DNA of 64,000 nucleotides. It comes from an uncultured delta proteobacterium (GTDB lineage: Bacteria; Myxococcota_A; Polyangia; Polyangiales; Polyangiaceae). The stretch covers positions 6,432,001-6,496,000 of the forward strand of contig CAWAIF010000003.1 in assembly GCA_963782055.1 (NCBI GenBank), given 5' to 3'. The notes under the pieces are model-generated. The model saw only the letters and a program-made list of their open reading frames with translations, did not search any database and had not been told where the DNA came from. Shown here piece by piece: positions 10,120 through 19,672 of the stretch. Both the position numbers and the translations under genes were made by a program. Positions within the stretch are counted from its first letter, which is position 1, and every line of letters begins with the position of its first letter.

Positions 10120-10685
10120 CGCACACCTCCCGTGTCGACCGAGCCGACCAGCCCGCCCACGGCGGAGAAGCGCACCCCGCTCGTGCGCTCCTGCGCTCGC
10201 AGCGCGCGCTCCAGGTCCACCCGCGCGACGCGCAGCCGCGAGTACACGGTGTTGACCGGGATGTCGAGCGACTCGGCGATCTCCGGCGCCGTCATCTCCT
10301 CTACCTCGTGCAGCACCAGCACCGCGCGCTTGCCCACGTCCAGCGTCGCGAGCGCCGCGTCCAGTCGCTCCAGCGCCTCGCGACGCTCCGCGCTCGCGCT
10401 CTGGTCCGCCTCGAAGGCCTCGCGCTCGCCTGCGGCGCCGCCGTCGGCGTCCTCGGGGTGACGGCGCCGGTGGCGGCGCCAGTCCGACGCCACGCGCAGC
10501 ACGATCTGGAAGAGCCACGCGCGCGGGCCGTGGCCGCGCTCCTGAAACTCGGCCAGGCGCCGGTGCGCGACCACGAACACCTCCTGCGTGCGGTCGTCGA
10601 TGTCCGCCTCGCTCACGCCCAGGCGCCGCAGGTTGCGCCAGACGAAGTCCACGTGCGCGTCGTACATGGCGCGGAAGTCGGTCAC
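10116..10685 (-). CDS. ECF-family RNA polymerase sigma factor
   Basis: D..QEVFVVAHR, RAWLFQI; region 4 EIAESLDIPVNTVYSRLR. GTG start overlaps the upstream stop. Confidence 0.9.
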   Translation of the reverse strand: MTDFRAMYDAHVDFVWRNLRRLGVSEADIDDRTQEVFVVAHRRLAEFQERGHGPRAWLFQIVLRVASDWRRHRRRHPEDADGGAAGEREAFEADQSASAERREALERLDAALATLDVGKRAVLVLHEVEEMTAPEIAESLDIPVNTVYSRLRVARVDLERALRAQERTSGVRFSAVGGLVGSVDTGGVR

Positions 10686-11593
10686 CGCACCCTCCAGGTG
10701 AGGCCGACCTCGGTGCGCAGGGCGAGCAGGTTGGCCGGCTCCGCGCCGGTGTGCCCCACGTCGAAGCCGGCGAGACCGCGCACGTCCACCGAGAGGTTGC
10801 TCGCCAGCTCGCCGCGCAGCCCGAGGCTCGCGCCGGGCGCGAAGAGCACCTGCGTCGCGTGCTGGTCGCCGGTGATCTCGTCCAGGCCGGCGATCTCGGT
10901 CGAGAGGCAGGTATCGAGCTGCAGCCCGTGCCGCTCGATGTAGTTGCCGGGGAGGCGCACGCACACGTCTACGCGCAGGCCGTAGTAGCCGGCGTGCTGC
11001 CCGAGCGAGGTGGCCCACAGCAAGGAGGGCCGCACGAAGATGCCCTTGCCCGTCTCCGCCGTCAGGGAGACGTCGCCCCCGACGAAGGGCGAGACGGCGG
11101 TGACGCCCACCCCGCTCATCAGCAGGCCCGCGCCGCCCAGCTCCACGGTGCGCCGCCCCTCCGGGTGATCCAGGATGGGCGCCGCCTCGTCGTTGACGGG
11201 CGTGGGGGGCGACGGCGGCGGCCACGCGGCCTGGTCGGCGACGGTGACCACCGGCGGCTTCTTCCGCGCAGCCATGCGCGCACGCTTGCGGTCGTGCTCC
11301 ACGTCCAGGACCATCGACGCCCAGACACCGACGGCGTCCACGACGGAGCCGCACCGTTCGCCGCGCGCCACGTCCAGGTCGCGGTGGGCCACGCCCGCGC
11401 CGCGCTCGTCGTCCAGCGTCGCCTTGACCAGCACCCGCGGGCCGTGCGCCTCGCTCGACACGCGCAGCCGCCAGCCGGCCGCCGGCGCCACGCTCGCCCC
11501 GAGCGCGTCGCGCAGCGCGACCCCCGCCCGCGCGGCGTCCGCGCAGACGTCCGGCGCCTCGATCACGATCGCGGGCGGCTGATCCATCCTCAC
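10682..11593 (-). CDS. Hypothetical protein, possible C-terminal beta-barrel
   Basis: GGAGG before the start; Pro-rich linker; alternating hydrophobic strands ending near Trp; coupled to the ECF sigma gene. Confidence 0.6.
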   Translation of the reverse strand: MRMDQPPAIVIEAPDVCADAARAGVALRDALGASVAPAAGWRLRVSSEAHGPRVLVKATLDDERGAGVAHRDLDVARGERCGSVVDAVGVWASMVLDVEHDRKRARMAARKKPPVVTVADQAAWPPPSPPTPVNDEAAPILDHPEGRRTVELGGAGLLMSGVGVTAVSPFVGGDVSLTAETGKGIFVRPSLLWATSLGQHAGYYGLRVDVCVRLPGNYIERHGLQLDTCLSTEIAGLDEITGDQHATQVLFAPGASLGLRGELASNLSVDVRGLAGFDVGHTGAEPANLLALRTEVGLTWRVR

Positions 11594-11684
11594 CCTCCGA
11601 TGGCCGCTAAGGCGCCAGTCCGTCGGCGTCGCCAGTGCCTATTTCGACTCTAGCAGAAAATTTCAGCCTGACCGGCCGGGATGC

Positions 11685-13175
11685 TCACCGCGCGACCTTC
11701 ATCGGGACGTTGCCGCTGAGCCAGTAGACAGCACCCGCGTCGATCGCGATGCAGTCGGGGTGATCCTGCCCGCTGGCGAGCTTGCTGGCGACACCGGCCT
11801 TGGCCCGCCAGATGGCGCCGGCGGGGCTGGTGCCCGATCCGCCGGTGGCTCCCTCGTCGGCGATGTACAGCGTATCCGAGGCGCCGTCGTAGGCCAGTCC
11901 CCGGGGGCCGGGGATGGCGATCCCCGCCGGCTTCACCACGGGGGTCTGCCCCTCCACGATGAGATCGATCTGCCCGGCGCCGCGGGCGGAGAAGAAGGTC
12001 TGCTGTCCCGGGGCGACGATGGCGATGCCGTCAGGACTCGGCTGGGTTGTCGTGAGGGTGCTCACCGGCGTGCTGGCGCTGGCCGCAGACGCGCGCCACA
12101 CCGTCCCGCTGGTCCATGTAGAGTACACATATCCGCCGCCCACCGCGAGCTTCACCGGCGTGCCGACCACGTTGCCCAGCACGGTGCCAACGCCCACGCA
12201 GTCAATTCGGCCAGGCGTGGTGGTGACGCCCGCGCAGACGTGCGTGCCGTCGGTCGCGACCGGACCGTACGCGCCGCCGGTGAACACCGAGACGCCGGTG
12301 GAGAGGGCAGCCACGCCGTCGCCATGGGCGTAGTAGACATCCTTGGCGTCGCTCGCGATGCCGAAGGTCCCCCCGGGCACACCGGTGGCGACGGGCTCCG
12401 GCGGTCCGCCGGCGCGCGGCACGGTGAGGACGTCCCCCTCCATCTGCTTGTTCGCGCCGGTGGTGAAGTACACCTTGTCCCCCGCGACGGCGATGCACGC
12501 TCCCGGCGCGAGCGGCTCGGGCTGCGTCCCGGGCGGGTAGAGGCTGCACACGCCACCCTTGCACTCGCCGCCGGAGCAGTCGAAGCCGCACGCGCCGCAG
12601 TTCTTCGGGTCGGTGGCGAGGTCGGCGGAGCAGGCGCCCCCGTCGAGCGAGCTCTCCCCGCACACGTCGCCGGAGCACGCGGTGTCGTCCACCGACGCAC
12701 CCACGCACGCGCCGTGCACGCACGTCTGATCCGCCGGACACGACACGCCCAGACAGTCGGTGCGCAGCTCGATGGGAAGCTTCAGGGACCGGTGCGCGAT
12801 GTAGCGGAGCGACCGGCGCGCCACGATGCAGCCGTCCGGCGCGTCGACAACGCACTGGTCGGTGCTCCGGTCGACGCCCAGGATCACCGTGAGCGAGAGG
12901 GTGTCGCCCGCGCCGCTCGGCACCACCACCAGCGAGCCCACGCGGTTGCTGCCGGCGGGCCCCGCGGCGGGCGAGCACCCCGTGGCGTCGATGACCTGGG
13001 CCTGCGGGGTCGCGACGGTGTCGGGGGCGCCGACGCGGATGGTCACGCCGTCGGCCTGGACCGCGCCGCACGCCGCCTCGGTGGAGATCTCCAGCGTGAT
13101 CTGCGTCGGGTCCAGACACGACGGCGCGAGGGCGATCAGGGCGGCGAGGGCCGGGAGGGCGAGCCACAGGCGCAT
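11685..13175 (-). CDS. Cys-rich lipoprotein with C-terminal beta-propeller-like repeats
   Basis: Lipobox LAPSC; DLATDPKNCGACG Cys repeat; repeats such as GIASDAKDVYY, GLAYDG..LYIAD, IAIDAGAVYW. Confidence 0.75.
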   Translation of the reverse strand: MRLWLALPALAALIALAPSCLDPTQITLEISTEAACGAVQADGVTIRVGAPDTVATPQAQVIDATGCSPAAGPAGSNRVGSLVVVPSGAGDTLSLTVILGVDRSTDQCVVDAPDGCIVARRSLRYIAHRSLKLPIELRTDCLGVSCPADQTCVHGACVGASVDDTACSGDVCGESSLDGGACSADLATDPKNCGACGFDCSGGECKGGVCSLYPPGTQPEPLAPGACIAVAGDKVYFTTGANKQMEGDVLTVPRAGGPPEPVATGVPGGTFGIASDAKDVYYAHGDGVAALSTGVSVFTGGAYGPVATDGTHVCAGVTTTPGRIDCVGVGTVLGNVVGTPVKLAVGGGYVYSTWTSGTVWRASAASASTPVSTLTTTQPSPDGIAIVAPGQQTFFSARGAGQIDLIVEGQTPVVKPAGIAIPGPRGLAYDGASDTLYIADEGATGGSGTSPAGAIWRAKAGVASKLASGQDHPDCIAIDAGAVYWLSGNVPMKVAR

Positions 13176-13238
13176 ACGCAGCCAGTGTAGGCCAGCCTGG
13201 AGCACAGCTTGCCCCAATCGTTCGCCAGCCTGCCCTGG

Positions 13239-13254
13239 TGGCACCCCGCATGCT
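13239..13254 (+). promoter_or_regulatory. Candidate sigma54 promoter
   Basis: TGGCACCCCGCATGCT (GG-N10-GC) just upstream of ATG 13268. Confidence 0.5.
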
Positions 13255-13267
13255 TGTGCTGGTGGGC

Positions 13268-14671
13268 ATGGTCTCCCTCTCACGCGATCTCCGGCGCGGG
13301 GTCCAGCGGCTGCTGCAGCCTGCCGCGCGACGCCTGGCGCGGCACGAGGGGCTCCCGCCCTCGCAATGGCGGCTGGAACGCGACGATCGCGGGCTGCTGG
13401 CCCTCGACGGCCTGCCCCTGCGCGATCTGCTGCGCGACCACGGCTCGCCCCTCTTCGTCCTGGACGCCGCCCGCCTGGACGACAACGCCGCGCGATTCCT
13501 GCGGGCCCCGGCGCACCGAGTGTGCGGCGTGGAGCCGCACTACTCCTACAAGACCAACCCGGTGCCGGCGGTGCTCGACCGGCTGCACCGCCACGGCGTC
13601 GGGGCGGAGGTCATCTCGGAGTACGAGCTGTGGCTCGCGCGGCGGCTGGGGGTGCCGCCGGAGCGCATCGTGGCCAACGGGCCGGGGCGCTCGCCGGCGA
13701 TGCTGCGGCAGGCGGTGGAGCTCGGGGTGCTGGTGCAGGTGAACCACCGCGAGGAGATCCCCCGCCTCGCCGAGACCGCGCGGGCGGCGGGCAAGCGCGC
13801 GCGGGTGGGGCTGCGCGTGGTGACGGCGTCGGGCTGGTCGGGGCAGTTCGGCGAGCCCATCGCCGGCGGGCGCGCGCTGCAGACCTACCGGGACATGGCC
13901 GCGCGGCCGGAGCTGGAGGTGGTGGCGCTGCACGCCCACCTGGGTGGCGAGATCACCTCCGCGGAGGCGGTCGAGCGGCTGGCGTGGGAGCTCTCCGACC
14001 TGGCCGCCGCCGTGCGGGATGCGACGGGCGTGGCGCCGGAGATCCTGGATCTGGGCGGGAGCCTCGCCTGCCCGACGGTGGTGTCGCACGACAAGGTCCG
14101 GCTGCGCCTCAATCGTTCGCTGGGCACCGATCTACCGCCGCGCGCCCCCTCCGACGTGCTCGACATCGACGGCTACGTCGACACGGTTGTGCGCGCGGTG
14201 GAGGACGGCGCGGCTCGCCACCGCCTCCCGCGGCCGCGCATCCTGGTGGAGCCCGGCCGGGCGATGACGGCGAACGCGGCGATGCTGCTGACGCGCGTGA
14301 GCAGCCTGAAGGCGAGCGGTGCGCCCGGCGTGGTGCACGCCATCCTGGACGCAGGCGTCAACGTCGCCGAGCCGGTGCGCGGGGAGTACCATCAGGTCTT
14401 CGTCACCGACGCGCCGCGCGAGCGCGAGGAGACCTACCGGCTGACCGGCCCCATCTGCACGCCGATGGACACCCTCGTCTGGGCGCTGCGCCTGCCCGAG
14501 CTGCAGCCCGGCGACGGCCTGGCGATCATGGACGCGGGCGCGTACTTCGTCCCCTTCGCCACCAGCTTCTCCTTCCCGCAGCCGGCGATCGTGATGGTGG
14601 AGGACGGCCGTGCCCACTGCCTGCGGCGCGCCGAGACCTTCGACGACCTGGTCTCGCGCGACCTCTCGTGA
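13268..14671 (+). CDS. Group IV PLP-dependent decarboxylase (diaminopimelate decarboxylase-like)
   Basis: YSYKTN (PLP Lys), NGPG, H.HLG, LDLGG, EPGR, GPIC..MD, DAGAY. Confidence 0.85.
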   Translation: MVSLSRDLRRGVQRLLQPAARRLARHEGLPPSQWRLERDDRGLLALDGLPLRDLLRDHGSPLFVLDAARLDDNAARFLRAPAHRVCGVEPHYSYKTNPVPAVLDRLHRHGVGAEVISEYELWLARRLGVPPERIVANGPGRSPAMLRQAVELGVLVQVNHREEIPRLAETARAAGKRARVGLRVVTASGWSGQFGEPIAGGRALQTYRDMAARPELEVVALHAHLGGEITSAEAVERLAWELSDLAAAVRDATGVAPEILDLGGSLACPTVVSHDKVRLRLNRSLGTDLPPRAPSDVLDIDGYVDTVVRAVEDGAARHRLPRPRILVEPGRAMTANAAMLLTRVSSLKASGAPGVVHAILDAGVNVAEPVRGEYHQVFVTDAPREREETYRLTGPICTPMDTLVWALRLPELQPGDGLAIMDAGAYFVPFATSFSFPQPAIVMVEDGRAHCLRRAETFDDLVSRDLS

Positions 14672-14682
14672 CCGGATCGCCT

Positions 14683-15778
14683 TCAGTTCGCGGAGGGCGC
14701 GCGGCGGCCGGCGGGCACGCCCATGCATGCCATGTGGCGGCCGGCCCAGTGCTGGATGCGGGCGAGCGCCTCCGCCGGGTGCCCGCCGGTGCCCTTGAAG
14801 CCGACGAGGTAGACGTGGTTGTCACACCACCCGGTGACCGCGACGCGCTCGCCGCCCGGCAGCACGGCGATGCCGCTGCCGCGGTCCAGGCCGGGCACGG
14901 TGTAGGTGGTCTCCTTCCAGTCGCGCGTGTCCACCACCGAGACGCTGTTGGTCGCCCCGTAATCTGCAGAATACACGTATCGCCCGTCCGCCGTGGCCTC
15001 CAGGCTCTTGGGCCACGTGCCGATGGGCACGCTGTGGGTGACGCGCTCGGTGGCGAGGTCGAGCGCGTCGATGCGCGAGTCGTGGTAGCAGGAGATGAAG
15101 AGGGTGCGCTCGTCGGGGGAGAGCGCCAGGTGGCGGGGGATGGCGCAGGCCGCGAGGCGGTAGCTCTCCCCCATGTCCGGCCCGCGGAAGACGTCGATCG
15201 ACGCGCCGTCGAAGTTGGCGACGTACAGGCTGCCCCCGCGGGTTAGGACCATCCCGCGCGGGTGCTCGCCGACGGGCAGGGTGCGCACCACCCTGCCACG
15301 CGCCAGGTCCACCTCGCTCACCGAGTGGCCGTTCCAGTTGGCGGCGAAGAGGGTCTTGCCGTCGGGGGACAGCGCCATGATCTTGGGGTGCGAGCCGACG
15401 TCGAATCTCGCGCGTCACCCGGCGCGTGCGGGTGTCGATGAGCTGCACGGTGTCCCGCGCGAAGTTGGACGCGTAGAGGGTCGCGCCGTCGGCGGAGAGC
15501 ACGCTCTCCACCACGATCCCCGGGACGTCGATCTCACCCTCCGGCGCGAGGGTGCGCGCGTCGAAGACGCTGATGTTGTCGCCGTTGGCCTGGCCGAAGT
15601 TGGTGACGTAGAGGCGCGTGCCGTCGGGGGAGAGGGTCACGCCCTTCGGCATCGAGCCGGTGGCGGCGACCTCCTGCACCTCCAGGTCGGGGGGCTTGGC
15701 GAGCGCCGCCGAGGGGAGAAGCGCGAGGAGCAGGGCGAAGGCGACGGAGAGGGGTCCACGCGGTGAGGAGGACGTCAA
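14683..15778 (-). pseudogene. YncE/YVTN beta-propeller secreted protein with a +1 frameshift near 15404
   Basis: Signal peptide and SPDG.RLYV.N repeats run in one frame and continue in another (..REI/DVGSHPKIMALSPDG..). TTG start overlaps the SLT stop. Confidence 0.75.
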
Positions 15779-16410
15779 GGCGCACCCAGGCTGGCCTCGA
15801 CGACGTCGCGGATCACGCGGTAGCGGCGGTAGTAGCCGACCACCTTCACGACGTAGTCGCGCGTCTGCGTGAAGGGCGGGATGCCGCCGTACTTCATCAC
15901 GGCGTCGGGCCCCGCGTTGTACGCCGCGACGGTCAGGGAGAGATCGCCGTTGAAGGCGTTGGCCAGGATGCGCAGCAGCCTCACGCCGCCGAAGATGTTC
16001 TCCCGCGGGTCGTCGATGTCCTTTACCTGCATGCGGTCCGCGGTGTCGGGCATGAGCTGCATCAGCCCGCGCGCCCCCGAGACGCTCACCGCGGCAGGGT
16101 CGTAGTCGCTCTCCACCTTGATGACCGCCCGCACGAGCTGCTCGGGGATCTGGTAGAGCGTCGCCGCCTGGCGGATCCACTCGTCGTAGCGAGAGAAGCG
16201 CGCCGGGTCGTGGTCCTGCGGCGGGTGGATGGGCGCGCCGCTGCGCGGGGCGTTGCCGCCGTGCACCACCACCTTGACCCGCACGCCGGGCGGCGGGGTG
16301 GTGGTGAAGTGCACCACGCCGTCCTTGGACGTGTACTGGTAGATGTCGGCCCGCGCGAGGGCGGGGGCGAGCACCATCAGGACGGCGAGGAGGGCGTGAC
16401 GGACGCGCAT
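15775..16410 (-). CDS. Lytic transglycosylase (SLT) with DUF4124-like N-terminus
   Basis: DIYQYT.KDGVVHFT; VIKVES, GA.GLMQLMP.TA, AAYNAG, TRDYV. Confidence 0.92.
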   Translation of the reverse strand: MRVRHALLAVLMVLAPALARADIYQYTSKDGVVHFTTTPPPGVRVKVVVHGGNAPRSGAPIHPPQDHDPARFSRYDEWIRQAATLYQIPEQLVRAVIKVESDYDPAAVSVSGARGLMQLMPDTADRMQVKDIDDPRENIFGGVRLLRILANAFNGDLSLTVAAYNAGPDAVMKYGGIPPFTQTRDYVVKVVGYYRRYRVIRDVVEASLGAP

Positions 16411-16502
16411 CGGCCGAGTGGATCGTGCCGCAGGGCGCGGGCGGCGGCAAGTTGCGTGCGGCCAGACGCCCCGCCCCCCGCCCGTGGTATAGGGGCAGCC
16501 TC

Positions 16503-17015
16503 ATGACGCACTGGCAGACGGTCGCTCTCGCGGCGCTGGCCGTGGCCTTCGGCCTGCTGGTGCTGTGGCAGGTCCGCCCGGCGTTCGGCAGCCGCCGCGG
16601 CGCGCCGCTGCGCAAGGCGCTGCGCGAGGCGCACCGCCGGGTGGAGGCGGCGAAGAGCGACGACGACCGCGCGTCCGCGCTGGCCGAGGCCGCCGATGCC
16701 TGCGCCGCCGCCATCGGCCGCTCGTCGGCGGCGGTCTCGTACTACCTGCGCGCCATGCGCCTGCGGCCGGGCTCGGTCGCCCTGGTCGAGCGCGCGGAGC
16801 ATTCGCTCGCCCGCCGGCCGCGCGCCCTGGAGACGCTCCTCTGGCGCAAGCTCGGCGCGGAGGGCTTCACCCCCGAGCTGCGAGAGGCGCAGACGGCGGC
16901 GCTCGCCGCGCTGGAGCGCGTCTACCAGGACCGCCCCCGCTTCGCCGCGCGGGCGCGCGCCCTCGCCCACCTCCGCGAGGCGCTGGAGGCCGGGCCCCGC
17001 TCGCCCTCGGCCTAG
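16503..17015 (+). CDS. Hypothetical membrane-anchored helical (TPR-like) protein
   Basis: N-terminal TM; YYLRAMRL.P motif; GC3-biased frame. Confidence 0.6.
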   Translation: MTHWQTVALAALAVAFGLLVLWQVRPAFGSRRGAPLRKALREAHRRVEAAKSDDDRASALAEAADACAAAIGRSSAAVSYYLRAMRLRPGSVALVERAEHSLARRPRALETLLWRKLGAEGFTPELREAQTAALAALERVYQDRPRFAARARALAHLREALEAGPRSPSA

Positions 17016-18148
17016 CCGCGCCGCGCCTCGGCGCGCAGGCGCGCGTCGATCACCCGCAGGCGCAGGTGCTTCATCGTGCGCACCAGCACGATGAGCAGCA
17101 GCACCGCGCCCACCACCGAGACGAGGATGGTCTTGACCTTCTCGTCGGAGATCTCCATCGGCTTGACGGCGGCGGACGCGGCGTCGAACTTGAGGTCCGG
17201 CGGCCAGAAGGTCTTGGGCAGCGCGTGCCGGTGGCTGAGGGAGAGCCAGTCCATGAGCCCCGCCACCGTGATGTGGACGCAGAAGCCCTGGTAGATGCTC
17301 TTGGTCTTCATGCTGAGCGACCCGAGCGCGATGCCCGCGACGATCGCCCCGTTGGCCTCGAGGTACGGCTTGCCGTAGTGGATCATGCAGTACGGCACCG
17401 CCATCGCGAAGATGGCCCCGGAGCCGAAGCTCTTGCGCAGCACGCCGAGCCAGAAGCCGCGGAAGAACATCTCCAGCGCGAAGAACTGGACGAAGTAGAT
17501 CCCTTCCCAGACCAGGAAGTCGAACCAGCTGCGCGACGACTGCTTGTAGAAGGGGTAGTACGCGCCGAAGTCCGGCTGGCGGCTGACGACGAGCATCGCC
17601 GGCAGCACCACCGCGAGGAAGAGCAGGTAGATCCACGCGTGCCGGAAGAAGCCGCGGGTGCGCAGGCCGAGGTCGAGCAGGGAGTCCTTCGGGAAGAGGA
17701 TCTTCCAGAGGGGGAAGGGCACCAGCACGTAGCCGGCGACGCGCGTGAACACCCACCAGCCGAAGCCCCAGAGCTCGTTGTAGCGGAGCATCTGCAGCAC
17801 GTTGTGGTGCGCGGTGTCGAACTTGAGCAGCGCCGGCTGGATGGCCTCGTCGAAGTAGCCGCGCCCGCCGTAGTACTCCTGCATGGTGAGCACGACCGCG
17901 CAGATGACCAGGGCGAGGAAGGGGCGAAGGTCCTGCTTGCCGCTCGCCAGCACCTCCCCGCGGTGGCGCTGCGCGTCCTCGTCCAGCTCGCGCCAGGTGC
18001 GGCGGAAGAAGAAGTAGAGCGCCGGCAGGACGACGAAGAGCGCCGGGATGGGCAGGATCGGCTTGGCCGCCGTCAGGAAGGCGTCGAACGCAGACGGCTG
18101 CGGCGGCTGCGCGGCGGCGATGGGCGCGAAGATGGCGGGCGCGATCAC
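17012..18148 (-). CDS. CPBP (CAAX/Abi) family intramembrane glutamic endopeptidase
   Basis: LEMFFRG, IHYGKP, SI..G..VH; multiple TMs. GTG start overlaps the gltX stop. Confidence 0.85.
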   Translation of the reverse strand: MIAPAIFAPIAAAQPPQPSAFDAFLTAAKPILPIPALFVVLPALYFFFRRTWRELDEDAQRHRGEVLASGKQDLRPFLALVICAVVLTMQEYYGGRGYFDEAIQPALLKFDTAHHNVLQMLRYNELWGFGWWVFTRVAGYVLVPFPLWKILFPKDSLLDLGLRTRGFFRHAWIYLLFLAVVLPAMLVVSRQPDFGAYYPFYKQSSRSWFDFLVWEGIYFVQFFALEMFFRGFWLGVLRKSFGSGAIFAMAVPYCMIHYGKPYLEANGAIVAGIALGSLSMKTKSIYQGFCVHITVAGLMDWLSLSHRHALPKTFWPPDLKFDAASAAVKPMEISDEKVKTILVSVVGAVLLLIVLVRTMKHLRLRVIDARLRAEARRG

Positions 18149-19608
18149 TTGGACGGCGTGGCAGTGGCGCGCTCGGCCGTGGCGGCGCCGCGTTGCAGGC
18201 GGGCGAGGCTCGTCGACTTGCCGAGCACCGCGAGCACCTGGAAGAGGCCGGGGCTCGCCTTGCGCCCGGTGAGGGCGACGCGCGCGGGCTGCGCCACGTC
18301 CTTGATGGCGAGGCCCTTCTCGGCGAGCCACGCGTGGGTGCGCTCCTCCAGCGCCTTCTCGTTCCACGAGGCGACCGCCTCGAAGAGCATGGCCAGCGCG
18401 CGCAGGTGGGCGGCGTTGTCCGGGACGAGGAACTTGGCGACGGCGGCCGCGTCCATCTCCGGAGGGTCGCGGAAGAAGAAGTCCAGGCCGTCGGCGGCCT
18501 CGATGAAGGTGCGCGAGCGCTCGCGCACGGTGTAGAGCGCCTCCTTCACCTGCGCCTCGGTCACGCCGGACAGACCCCGCTTCTCCAGGAAGGGCAGCGT
18601 GCGTCGCGCGTACTCGGCGTCGGGCATCAGCCGCGGGTCCTTCATGTGCGCGTGCTGGATGGCGAGGAACTTCTTCGCGTCGAACTTGCCGTCCCCGCGC
18701 CCGCACGCCGCCCAGTCGAAGGCGTCGACGAGCTGTTGCTTGGAGAAGATCTCCTGGTCGCCGTGCGACCAGCCGAAGCGCGCCAGGTAGTTGAGGACCG
18801 CGTCCGGCGCGTAGCCCTGCTCGCGGTACTCGCCGACGCTCACCGCGCCGTGGCGCTTGGAGAGCTTCTCCCCGCTGGGGGCGAGCATCATCGGCAGGTG
18901 CGCGAACTCGGGCACCGGCGCGTCGAAGGCGCGGTAGAGCAGGATCTGCGGCGGGGTGTTGACCATGTGATCGCGCCCGCGCGCGACGAGGGTGATGCGC
19001 ATGGTCATGTCGTCGACGACCACGCCGAAGTTGTACAGGGGCACGCCGTCGCTGCGCAGGAGCACGAAGTCCTGCTGGGCGGCGTTGGGCGTCGTGACCT
19101 CGCCGAAGACCTTGTCGGCGTAGGTGACCGAGCCCTCGCCCGGCGACCTGAAGCGCACGACGAAGGGCTTGTCCGGCTGATCGGTGCGCGCGCGGCAGGT
19201 GCCCGGGTAGCGAAAATTCGCCTTGGGGTCCTTCTTCTTCAGCGCCTCTCGCTGCGCGTCGAGCTCCTGCTTGGTGCAGTAGCACCGGTACGCCTTGCCC
19301 TGCGCGATGAGGCGCTCGGCGTGCTCCCGGTAGAGGCCCAGGCGCTCCATCTGGGTGTACGGCCCGTGCGGGCCCCCGACCTCCGGGCCCTCGTCCCACG
19401 TGAGCCCGAGCCACTTCATGGCGTCGAGGATGATGTTGCGGCTCTCCTCCGTGGAGCGCTCCTGGTCGGTGTCCTCGATGCGGAGGACGAAGACGCCGCC
19501 GGTGTGGCGCGCCCAGAGCCAGTTGAAGAGCGCGGTGCGCACCCCGCCGATGTGCAAATACCCCGTGGGCGAGGGCGCGAAGCGAACACGCGGCTTGTCG
19601 GTGCTCAT
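18145..19608 (-). CDS. gltX: Glutamate--tRNA ligase
   Basis: RFAPSPTGYLHIGG (HIGH), RIEDTD, KLSKRHG (KMSKS), C-terminal anticodon-binding domain. Confidence 0.97.
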   Translation of the reverse strand: MSTDKPRVRFAPSPTGYLHIGGVRTALFNWLWARHTGGVFVLRIEDTDQERSTEESRNIILDAMKWLGLTWDEGPEVGGPHGPYTQMERLGLYREHAERLIAQGKAYRCYCTKQELDAQREALKKKDPKANFRYPGTCRARTDQPDKPFVVRFRSPGEGSVTYADKVFGEVTTPNAAQQDFVLLRSDGVPLYNFGVVVDDMTMRITLVARGRDHMVNTPPQILLYRAFDAPVPEFAHLPMMLAPSGEKLSKRHGAVSVGEYREQGYAPDAVLNYLARFGWSHGDQEIFSKQQLVDAFDWAACGRGDGKFDAKKFLAIQHAHMKDPRLMPDAEYARRTLPFLEKRGLSGVTEAQVKEALYTVRERSRTFIEAADGLDFFFRDPPEMDAAAVAKFLVPDNAAHLRALAMLFEAVASWNEKALEERTHAWLAEKGLAIKDVAQPARVALTGRKASPGLFQVLAVLGKSTSLARLQRGAATAERATATPSK

Positions 19609-19672
19609 CGAACCGGAACGAGTAGCAGAGCGCGGGGATCCAATCCACCGGCAGCCACCGGGCTGGCAGCGG

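Noticed and set aside
11685..13175. Cys-rich proteins (also 1788, 47231, 51741) as RiPP precursors or toxins
   Set aside because: They have lipoprotein signals and no adjacent modification or transport genes; such proteins are common in myxobacteria.
14111..14120. AATCGTTCGC match to the REP-like motif inside the decarboxylase
   Set aside because: Short, inside coding sequence and lacking the second arm; probably chance.
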